Assembly (NCBI RefSeq): GCF_006345805.1
Contig: NW_021823710.1
Coordinates: 1-21,478, forward strand
DNA from: Octopus sinensis
Taxonomy: Eukaryota
Direction of reading: 5' to 3'
Length of the DNA stretch: 21,478 bases
Part shown: positions 10,732-20,449 of the stretch, one piece after another
How positions within the stretch are numbered: position 1 is the stretch's first letter
Layout: the number at the start of each line of letters is the position of its first letter
Notes under the pieces: model-generated
Database searches by the model: none
Told to the model about the DNA's origin: nothing
Seen by the model: the letters and a program-made list of their open reading frames with translations, nothing else
Translations under genes and position numbers: made by a program

Positions 10732-10791
10732 CTTCATGCATCTCGGAAACACAGAGGCCCACCAGTTCGTGTAGTAAAAAGTATCACGAAA
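10732..10791 (-). other. Candidate 60-nt phase-0 coding exon (FRDTFYYTNWWASVFPRCMK)
   Basis: atgtttcttcgacag| acceptor, AAG|gtaata donor, length a multiple of 3, and the other two frames contain stops. No homology recognised. Confidence 0.35.
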
Positions 10792-11226
10792 CTGTCGAAG
10801 AAACATAACATTATTGCTATTTCTTTTAATTGTTTAACTTCCGTTTATTCATTCTACTTAACGTATATCTTACCTCCCTACATATCTCTCACTACATATA
10901 GTGTACAGTGTTGTCATACACAATAGCGTACATGTTCTTTAATAGCTGCCGTTTAGTCATTCTACTTGGCTTATATCTTACCTCCCCACATATCTCTAAC
11001 TACATATAATGTACAGCGTTGTCATACACTAAATCGTACACTGTTCTTTAATACAACTAACATTGTTTAGCTGCTGTTTAGTCATTCTACTTGGCTTATA
11101 TCTTACCTCCCTACATATCTCTAACCACATAGAGTGTACAGCGTTGTCATATACTACACTGTACTCTGTTCTTTAATACAACTGACGTTGTTAAGCTGTT
11201 GTTTAGTAATTCTACTTGGCTTATGT

Positions 11227-11539
11227 TAGTTAGTTAGTTAGTTAATTTTTTGGCTCAAAAGCAAAAAGCAACGCCATGTAGGGGGACATGGAGTTAAGTA
11301 CAGGGTGGTGTTCATGTAAAGAGTTCAGGCCACTTGAGGTCAAGGGAGACTTTGAACAAAGCGGTCGTCGGCATCTTCACCATCTCGTCTGGCAGCTTGT
11401 TCCACGGATCCGCAACCCGGACGGAGAAAGCTCCTCTCCTTCGATCGAGGTGAAATCGTCGCAGGTAGAGCTTTTCGGAATGACCCCGCAGCCGACGCTC
11501 AGGAGCAGGAGTGAAGAACAGCTCTTTCGAGAGGTTACA
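11227..11539 (-). mobile_element. 5'-truncated CR1-clade LINE with (AACT)n tail and 7-bp TSD
   Basis: ORF2 C-terminal motifs RGHSEKL...FSVRV...WNKLP...FK..LD, short 3' UTR and tail aactaactaactaacta. TSD cttatgt at 11220-11226 and 11540-11546. Confidence 0.92.
11312..11536 (-). pseudogene. CR1 ORF2 C-terminal fragment, 74 aa plus stop (NLSKELFFTPAPERRLRGHSEKLYLRRFHLDRRRGAFSVRVADPWNKLPDEMVKMPTTALFKVSLDLKWPELFT)
   Basis: Manual translation gives an uninterrupted frame with the conserved end-of-ORF2 motifs of CR1/L2-type elements. No start codon because of the 5' truncation. Confidence 0.88.
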
Positions 11540-12393
11540 CTTATGTCTTACCTCCCAACATATCTCTAACTACATATAATGTACGGCGTCGTAATTCACT
11601 AAGTTGTACTCTGTTCTTTAATACAACTAGCGTTGTTTAGCTGCTGTCTAGTCATTCTAATTCGCTTAATATTACCTCCCCACATATCTCTAACTACAGA
11701 TATTGCAAGGTGTTGTCATATACTACACTGTACTCTGTTCTTTAATACAACTGACGTTGTTTGGCTGCCGTTTAGTCATTCTACTTGGCTTATATGTTAC
11801 CTCCCTACATATCTCTAACTACATATAATGTACGGCGTTGTAATTCACTAAATCGTACTCTGTTCTTTAATACGACTGGCGTTGTTTAGCTGCTGTCTAG
11901 TCATTCTAATTCGCTTAATATTACCTCCCCACATATCTCTAACTACAGACATTGCACGGCGTTGTCATATACTACATCGTACTCTGTTCTTTACTACACA
12001 AATTATTATATCTTTCCTGTTCTTGTCTCTTGTTGTTCCGTCGTCGTCGTCGTCATCGTCGTCGTTGCCGCCATTTTAAAAATAACATTATTTTGATTTA
12101 GTAATCATATATGAAACGACTTGAAAAGAAGTCTTCTTGCTGTTTGTTTTTGCGTTTGTTTTTTCCGTTTCTTAAATTAGCAAAAACCTGCATAATGAAC
12201 ATAATAATTACCTTACAAAGAAAACATTACGACGACGACAACAACGAGAACAAAAACAACAACAACAACAACGACAATGACGACAGCAAAGATGAAAGCA
12301 ATGAAGTCGTAGATGGCTATGATGGGGAGGCAAAAGAGGAGATCGAAATGGAGGGCGGGGAGGTGTTTTATACTAATATTACAAACAAAAAAT

Positions 12394-12449
12394 ATAATAA
12401 TAATAATAATAATAATATAATAATGATAATAATAATAATAATAATGATG

Positions 12450-12491
<42 letters not shown>

Positions 12492-12545
12492 TTATTAATA
12501 TTAATAATATAATATAATAATAATAATGATAATAATAATAATAAT

Positions 12546-12587
<42 letters not shown>

Positions 12588-12614
12588 TAATAATAATAAT
12601 AATGATAATGATAA
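12394..12614. repeat. (AAT)n
   Basis: Read directly. Confidence 0.95.
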
Positions 12615-12858
12615 TTGAGTGAGAGAGCAGTGCATGCCATCAAAGTGACACTGGGGTAAATATACGAAGCCCAATATACCCATCATGACTACCCGTCTAA
12701 AAGGGTACACCAGGCACATGCATCACAACCATATGTGCGCGACATGGTGATCTCATATCAAGATAAACAGCACATGACCTTGCAGGTGGGGCCAGTTAGA
12801 ATTTTCTTCAGATCGAGTACCCATCCCGCTCAAAAGGTCTCTGAATAAGGGTGTTTAG
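12615..12858 (-). mobile_element. Unclassified interspersed repeat D, partial copy (inverted relative to 13038-13526)
   Basis: Reverse complement of 13279-13526 at roughly 94% identity by eye. Confidence 0.85.
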
Positions 12859-12881
12859 TAATAATAATAATTATAATGATG

Positions 12882-12947
<66 letters not shown>

Positions 12948-13036
12948 TAATAATATTAATAATAATAATAATAATAATAATAATGATAAAATAATAATAA
13001 TAATAATAATAATATAATAATAATAATAATAATAAA
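12859..13036. repeat. (AAT)n
   Basis: Read directly. Confidence 0.95.
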
Positions 13037-13037
13037 T

Positions 13038-13526
13038 GGTATAAAAGATGGGCTAACAGCAAATATTCTGCTCAATACCACAGATTTGCTTGTCACTTGT
13101 TTGACCTTAACCAGTTGAACATGTCCCTTAGTGGCTGACGATATGTGCATCTCTGATCACGAGCAGAAGTAGTGGGGGAGCATCATAGCCATGTGTGGAG
13201 GGATCTTGGGGTTGATAATTCACCTCTGAACATGGTGGTTCGATTTCAAATTCACCTCTGTTTCTTTCTTCAACATCCTTAAACCAACCCTTGTTCAGGG
13301 ACCTTTTGAGAGGATGGGCTACTCAACTGAAGAAAATTCTAACTGGGCCCCACCTGCAAGGTCATGTGCTGTTTATCTTGATATGAGATCACCATGTCGC
13401 GCACATATGGTTGTGATGCATGTGCCTGGTGTACCTTTATCAGACGGGTAGTCATGATGGGTATATTGGGCTTCGTATATTTTACCCCAGTGTCACTTTG
13501 ATGGCATGCACTGCTCTCTCACTCAA
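13038..13526 (+). mobile_element. Unclassified interspersed repeat D, longer copy
   Basis: Non-simple 489-bp block embedded in (AAT)n whose last ~245 bp recur inverted upstream. Small internal repeat aattcacctctg at 13217 and 13249. Orientation is assigned arbitrarily, and no Pol III boxes or ORF were recognised. Confidence 0.75.
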
Positions 13527-13534
13527 TAATAATA

Positions 13535-13605
<71 letters not shown>

Positions 13606-13925
13606 AGTAAATCCGCATCGAAGCAACATTTAAGAATTGGCTATGATACATATGATCGCGGTATTAGATTTAAAAACATAAAACACACATACATACACAC
13701 ACACACACACGCACAAACACAAACACATAGAAATACACACAGACACAAAGGCATACACGCACATACACACATACACACAGACACACATACACGAACGCTC
13801 GCATACAAACACACAATCACAAACACACAATCACAAACACACAATCACAAACACACAGACGCACACACACACAAACACATACGCACAAACACACGCACAC
13901 ACACGCAGAGAAGGTCACACAGAGA
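13525..13925. repeat. (AAT/GAT)n at 13525-13605 and cryptic (CA)-rich tract at 13683-13925
   Basis: Read directly; explains ORF 13420-14058. Confidence 0.9.
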
Positions 13926-14169
13926 CATATATGTATGCACGTACGCATTTCAATGTTTTAATCGTCGGAAAGTTACAAAAGTGAACCAAGGGCCCCGGGG
14001 CCAAGTACATGGCTTCCCACGTTGCAATTATCAAATTGACAGATTCCTGATTAAATAAAAAAATATATATACCTGTATCGAAAATCTATACCTTCTCCTC
14101 TTCTCAACAAACCCGTATGTCTGCCTGTGTATACGCATATTCTTAGCGTGTGTGAATGTGTCAATATAT

Positions 14170-14555
14170 GGATGGAAGCACTCCGTCGGTTACGACGACG
14201 AGGGTTCCGGTTGATCCGATCAACGGAACAGCCTGCTCGTGAAATTAACGTGTAAGTGGCTGAGCACTCCACAGACACGTGTACCCTCAACGTAGTTCTC
14301 GGGGATATTCAGCGTGACACAGTGAGTGACAAGGCCGGCCCCTTGAAATACAGGTACAACAGAAACAGGAAGTAAGAGTGAGAGAAAGTTGTGGTGAAAG
14401 AGTACAGCGGGGATCAATGCCATCCCTGCCGGAGCCTCATGGAGCTTTAGGTGTTTCCGCTCAATAAACACTCACAACGCCCGGTCTGGGAATCGAAACC
14501 GCAATCCTACGACCGCGAGTCCGCTGCCCTAACCACTGGGCCATTGCGCCTCCAC
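14170..14555 (-). mobile_element. Full-length SINE family A with 12-bp TSD
   Basis: Reverse complement of the 9313 copy. TSD gtgtcaatatat at 14158-14169 and 14556-14567. Confidence 0.95.
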
Positions 14556-14560
14556 GTGTC

Positions 14561-14593
14561 AATATATATATATATATAATATATATATATATA

Positions 14594-14632
<39 letters not shown>
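14561..14632. repeat. (TA)n(GT)n
   Basis: Read directly. Confidence 0.95.
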
Positions 14633-14633
<1 letters not shown>

Positions 14634-14635
<2 letters not shown>

Positions 14636-14788
14636 TTGGTGTGTGGTATGAAACTTGCTTCCCAACCACGTGGTTCCGGGTTCAGTCCCACTGCGTGGCA
14701 CCTTGGGCAAGTGTCTTCTACCATAACCTCAGACCGACCAAAGCCTTGGAGTGGATTCAGTAGACTGAAACTAAAAGGAACCCATCAG
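14634..14788 (+). mobile_element. SINE family C 5' half
   Basis: gtgtgtggta...ccaaccacgtggttccgggttcagtcccactgcgtggcaccttgggcaag matches the reverse complement of the 3' part of 5921-6321. Confidence 0.9.
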
Positions 14789-14797
14789 ATATATATA

Positions 14798-15040
14798 TAT
14801 ATGACATACATATAAATGGAATGACCACTAGGTAGACTCCTAATATGCTAAAAGTAGTCCCCATATGGTTTGACCACTGAGGAAAATTGTTCTCAAGAAA
14901 ACTCGGCAAACACCAGAACGTGAAGCATTTGCCGAATTTTCTTGGGAACAATTTTCCTTAGTGGTCAGACCATATGGGGTCTACATTTAGCATATTAGGA
15001 GTCCACCTCGTGGCCATTCCTCTTATATGTATGTTATATA
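14798..15040. repeat. Palindromic MITE-like/fold-back element, ~113-bp arms, 17-nt loop
   Basis: 14798-14910 is the reverse complement of 14928-15040 at about 90% identity; TA-rich ends. Confidence 0.9.
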
Positions 15041-15186
15041 ATATCCTGAAACTTCAGATTCTTTTAAATATGCTAGGACAATCGTTTAAATTGATATTAA
15101 TCTAATTTATTATTAATTTTTTACCCTTATTTAAATGTGTATATATATATATATATTATATATATTAATATAATATATACATCTTA

Positions 15187-15289
15187 TGTCACGCTGAATC
15201 TCCCCAAGAACTATGTTATGGGTATGCGTATCTGTGGAGTGCTCAGCCACTTTCACGTTAATATGACAGCGAGCTGGTAGAATCGTAGC
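15187..15289 (+). mobile_element. SINE A tail fragment joined to a SINE B head-like fragment
   Basis: tgtcacgctgaatc...gagtgctcagccactttcacgttaat (family A) followed by gcgagctggtagaatcgtagc (family B head). Confidence 0.7.
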
Positions 15290-15404
15290 GTGGTTGACGA
15301 TATAATGATTTTTAACATTATAAATGATGTCTGTTTTATAAACGTGACGGTCAGGTAAACAATATAACAAAAAACAATATGTAAAACAGAAAGCTATACA
15401 AAGA

Positions 15405-15780
<376 letters not shown>

Positions 15781-16064
15781 AAGAGACGTAGACAGTTCAA
15801 ATATCAAAAATACATTTAATGTATTTAAAACAGGAATAAGAAAAATGGAAGACGCAGAGAAGGAAAGTTTTAGACGAAATTTTCCGTGGGAACAAAATGC
15901 TAAATCTATTCCATCATTATCCGTTCTTTTATTTGTTTCGTTTGATGTTTTCGCATTATCGTTGTTGTTATTCTTGTTCTTGTCCTTCTTCTTCCTGCTG
16001 TTGCTACTGCCACTACTGTTGTTCATCGTGTTCTTTGTTTTGTTTTTTTCTGCAATTATATCTC

Positions 16065-16322
16065 TTCTTCTCATTCTTCTTCTTCTTCTTCTTCTTCTTC
16101 TTCTTCTTCTTCTTCTTCTTCTTCTTCTTCTTCTTCTTCTTCCTTCTTCTTCTTCTTCTTCTTCTTCTTCTTCTTCTTTCTTTTCTTCTCATCAGCTGCT
16201 TCTTCTTCATCTTCTTCTTCATCTTCTTCTTCATCTTCTTCTTCCACTTCTTCTAATTCTAATTCTTCTTCTTTTTCTTCTCCTTCTTCTTCTTCTTCTT
16301 CTACTTCTTATTCTTATTCTTC
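16065..16322. repeat. (CTT)n polypyrimidine tract
   Basis: Read directly; explains the poly-L/S/F and poly-K/R ORFs. Confidence 0.95.
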
Positions 16323-16430
16323 TTTCAAAATTATTTGGTTAACGTTTGCTTCTTTATTTTCTAATGCCTCCATGTTTTAATTTTCTGTCAAGTCTCTAAC
16401 GCAATACGATAAATCAAATAGAACTACACA

Positions 16431-16479
16431 TAAATATACATACATACATATGTATATGTAATGTATATATATACTATAT

Positions 16480-16546
<67 letters not shown>

Positions 16547-16642
16547 ATATATATATATCTTATATATATATTATATATATATTAATATATATATTAATAT
16601 ATATTTATATATAATATATATATACACACACACATATATATA
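16431..16642. repeat. (TA)n-rich tract
   Basis: Read directly. Confidence 0.95.
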
Positions 16643-16926
16643 TGCATGAAAAATGGCGTATTAGTCTAAGTAAAATTAATACAATGCAATATCAAATAAT
16701 TGTGATATAGATGGATATCTAGAAAAATAATGTTGATTTTTTTCCCTTTCTCAATATCCTGGACATTCTCGGAGGTTTTATTGTTCTCAATAATATGGGA
16801 TAATATTAAATATGGAAGGAGGTGCGGCGCAATTTGTGAAAACTATCATTCAAAATTCCTTTCGTTTATCGGTATATTGGTTGCAAATTTTGTCAAAGGA
16901 CTATAATGTTAGGGGGAAAAGAATAC

Positions 16927-17093
16927 TCGATCGCATTGACACCAATGATCAACTGGTACTTATTTTACCGACCCTGAAAGGAATGAAAGGTGAAGTCGAC
17001 CTCGGCAGAATTAGAACTCATAACGAAAAAACGGACGAAGTGCCGTTAAGCGTTTTGCCGACTGCAGTAACTAATATTCCGACTCACCGCCTT
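16927..17093 (-). mobile_element. SINE family B copy
   Basis: aactggtacttattttaccgaccctgaaaggaatgaaaggtgaagtcgacctcggcagaattagaactc...actcaccgcctta is the reverse complement of family B. Confidence 0.88.
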
Positions 17094-17296
17094 AAACAAA
17101 TTCTGCATGATATTTTTATATGCTAAGGCCTTCATGATTCGAGACACCATGTTTTAGACGATGTCGAACACATAGAAAACGTGTAGGATATTCTTCACTA
17201 GTTCTATGCCTTGTTCTGTTGTGAAAATGCTGTAACCACCTATATTGTATTATGCAATGATCTTACAATTCCAAGCAATGCCTTATGGTTTCGCTA

Positions 17297-17362
17297 TTTG
17301 ATTTGTCAACATATGGTTCTGGTTTTCATCCCAGTCTATGGTACTTAACGCAACTGTATTCT
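17297..17362 (+). mobile_element. Highly decayed SINE family C head fragment
   Basis: caacatatggttctggttttcatcccagtctatggtactt resembles caaccacgtggttccgggttcagtcccactgcgtggcacctt at 14665. Confidence 0.35.
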
Positions 17363-17631
17363 TTGAGGCCCACACTTCTAAGTGAAATTGATTAGATTGT
17401 ATGAAAGACCCTCAGATAGACTTCATTTATTCATGTTCCATAGCTTTAGCCTTAAGTCTATCTTCCTATTTAGCTCTAAGTCTGGTCCTCGCTTTTGCAT
17501 TCATTTGTTCAAAGTCCTACATGTGAGGAGAGTTCAACGTCTTTATATACAACTTTCCACTGAAGTAACCTAAGTGATGCGGCTTCTTCTTCTCATTCCT
17601 TCACCCGTCTCGGAGGTCGTTAAAATATCAC

Positions 17632-17853
17632 CTGGCAGAAACGTTAGCACGCCGGGCGAAATGCTTAGCGGTATTTCGTCTGAGTTACATTGTGAGTTCA
17701 AATTCCGCTGAGGTCGACTTTGCCTTTCATCCTTTCGGGGTCGATAAATTAAGCACCAGTTACGCACTGGGGTCTATGTAATCGACTTAATACCTATGTC
17801 TGTCGTTGTTTGTTCCCTCTGTGTTTAGCCCCTTGTGGGTAATAAAGAAATAG
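17632..17853 (+). mobile_element. SINE family B, slightly 5'-truncated, with 12-bp TSD
   Basis: A-box-like TGGCAGAAACGT and B-box-like GAGTTCAAATTCC. TSD gttaaaatatca at 17619-17630 and 17853-17864. Confidence 0.95.
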
Positions 17854-18559
17854 TTAAAATATCATAAGTTCTGCAGCTCTTCCTTTAACTCTGTGACAAG
17901 CAGCAAATAATAAACATTCAATTTTGTGTGGCATCACTTCAAGTATAAGCCCTGAACCAATACTAATTACTTGACAGAAAAACTTTTCCTGCGTACGTCG
18001 CTTTATAATATGGTAACAATTTATGGTTCATACGAGTATATAAATTATTGTTTGTTGACTACAGAGTGGCATTATGTATAATATCGCCTTTTCTGTACTG
18101 TGAATGCAACAATACGAAGCACTAATTACGCCTGCCGAGCCAAGATTAGCGTGCAAAACAAAAGATGAGATTCATGCAGTATTATATTATCTGTCCAATA
18201 AAAAAAAAGACCCTTTTTTCTTAAACTCTCTCTAGGAATAGAACGATACACAAAGGCAAGACTCGCTTATTCCTTCGTTCTGTACGTAAATGACAAATTA
18301 ATCTTCTCCTGGGTGATACACTAATATATTCATCGTTGCCAGATCGATAACAGAAGCATCATTCAATTACTGCGGTCAAATATGTTGTCTGCACAACCAC
18401 GACCAACGCCCCTCCATCACCCTGGCACCGTACAAATGGTGTAATTATTTATTGAGTTTCTAACCAATTCTTCTTCGACTTGCAGTTCGACCGTTTTTTT
18501 AAATCTTCTTTCCAATCGACTTTCATTGATTGACATTTTTGTCGTTGTTGTTGTTGTTA

Positions 18560-19008
18560 TTCTTCTTCTTCTCCTTTTTCTTCTTCGTCTGCGCCTTCAT
18601 CTTCTCCTCTTCTCTTCCTCTTCTTCTTCTTCTCCTTCTTCTTCTCCTTCTTCTTCTTCTTCTTCGTCTGCGCCTTCTTCTTCTTCTCCTCTTCTTCTTC
18701 TTCTTTTCTTCCACTTCTTCTTCTTCTTTCACTTCTTCTTTGTCTTCTTCTTATTCATTTTTGCCTTTTTCTTCGTTTTCTCCTTCTTCTTCGTCTTCGC
18801 CTTCTTCGTCTTCTTTTTCTTTTTTCTTCTCCTTTTTCTTCTTCTTCTTCTCCTTCTTCTTGCTCTTGTTCTTCTTCGTCTTCTTCTTCGTCTACTCCTC
18901 CTTCTTCTTCGTCTCTCTTCTCCTTCTCCTTCTTTTTTCTTCTACTTCTTCTTTTTCTTCTTCTTCCCCTCCTCCTCCTCTTCCTTCTTCTTCACCTTCT
19001 TTCTTGAT
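18560..19008. repeat. Degenerate (CTT)n polypyrimidine tract
   Basis: Read directly; includes the direct repeat cttcttcgtctgcgccttc at 18580 and 18659. Confidence 0.95.
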
Positions 19009-19039
19009 CTTTTTATAATGTTCATGGCGGAGGTGTATT

Positions 19040-19132
19040 TCTTTACTTCTTACTTTTGTTATTGTTGTCATGTCATTTCTTCGACTCCGTCTCCCGGTTA
19101 TGAGTTACGAGTTCAATTTCGCGTTGCAGCCA
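19040..19132 (-). mobile_element. Putative short 5'-truncated retroposed insertion
   Basis: Flanked by the 12-nt direct repeat cggaggtgtatt (19028-19039, 19133-19144). The minus-strand end aaaagtaagaagtaaaga resembles the family C tail. Confidence 0.5.
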
Positions 19133-19975
19133 CGGAGGTGTATTCCTCCAATAACCCCATAAAACATCTCTTTAATAATAGTTCCATCAACCGGCGTACT
19201 TTCCCGCTTACAAGTCGAAAACTAAAAACCAAAATTTACTGCCCAACATGGCAGGTCGTGTTATACACGAACAATTTTGTGAAGGACCCAAAATTCCAGG
19301 GGGTAACACAACATAATTTGGGAAACAGTAACGATGTTTGTTTAAATAAGATAAGTCGTAACATAGTAGAAGTAATGGAAATTGTTTCTGGGAGAGTATA
19401 TTATACAAAAATTAACATAATTGTAATGTGTCCCAATTACGTTGAGAGGATAATTTTGTTTAAATTATTTTTGATTTAGATTAAATTTTATGTTTTGATA
19501 TTTATTTTTGAGTAAAAGCGTTGATAAAGTTTTTGATTGTAAAGTAATGGGTATAGAAATATTTTTTTGTATGTACTGAAAAGGATGAAGATTGTATGGT
19601 TTAGTTTAAGCTACATGTTTACGATATATGTGCTCCGGAAAATGCGATGGACAAACCGAAACACATGCATAGAATTAACATCCGTAGAAATTCAGCTAAA
19701 TAACTGTGTTGACATTGAATTCCTTGAACATAATCGACTATTTCTTCTCTTCCGTTCGTTATCTATAAAAGGAAGTGCCAAAGTGATTCTAAGATGAAAT
19801 TGAATTAAATCCTTCTAAGGCCTCAGGGATAGGGAACAGTGACAAAGTGTCATCCAGTAGTTCCCAATCTATCTGGTAGATAACATATTTTCCGGAAGCC
19901 ATTGTCTCTAAATCCTTGTCAGAATGTCAACCTGGCGTCATCTAACGACTATCCCTATGCAAGCTTGAATTTATA

Positions 19976-20390
19976 CGTATGTGTGCGTGTGTATGTATGT
20001 ATGTATGTATGTATGTATGTATGTATGTATGTATGTATGTATGTATGTATGTATGTATGTGTGTGTGTTGTGTATGTGTAGGAGTGTTGTGTGTGTATAT
20101 GTGTGTGTGTACGATAGATAAATAGGTAGAGATAGACAGACAGACAGATAGATAGATAGATACATACATACATACATACGTACGTACGTACATACATACA
20201 TACATACATACATACATACATACATACGTACGTACGTACGTACGTACATACATACATACATACATACATACATACATACATACATACGTACGTACATACA
20301 CACATACACACATACATACATGCATACATACATACATACATACATACATACATACATACATACATACATACATACATACATACATACATA
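19976..20390. repeat. (GTAT)n / (GATA)n / (CATA)n compound tract
   Basis: Read directly; explains the MYVC and HTYI ORFs. Confidence 0.95.
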
Positions 20391-20407
20391 GACAGTAGCT
20401 CATTTAC

Positions 20408-20449
20408 CTTGTTTGTTTAATTCATAAACGAATTCATAGCACCGAGGAC
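20408..20449 (-). other. Candidate 42-nt symmetric phase-1 exon ((G)PRCYEFVYELNKQ)
   Basis: aatctgcag|G acceptor, CAAG|gtaaat donor, only one frame open. No homology recognised. Confidence 0.3.

Larger units (their letters stand above)
10849..11995. repeat. Tandem satellite, ~125-bp unit, about 7 copies, interrupted by a CR1 insertion
   Basis: Units starting t(c/a)attcta at 10849, 10957, 11082, 11207 (split), 11652, 11776 and 11901, all carrying ttacctccc..catatctct. Lengths 108, 125, 125, 125, 124, 125 and partial. Confidence 0.95.

Noticed and set aside
11288-11569. 93-aa plus-strand ORF
   Set aside because: Antisense shadow of the CR1 ORF2 fragment.
10849-11995. CRISPR-like repeat array
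   Set aside because: Whole units are homologous with no unique spacers, and the context is eukaryotic.
18236-18285. Plus-strand exon candidate IERYTKARLAYSFVLY after a strong acceptor
   Set aside because: Ambiguous donor; the ERY motif lacks the surrounding GPCR TM3 context.
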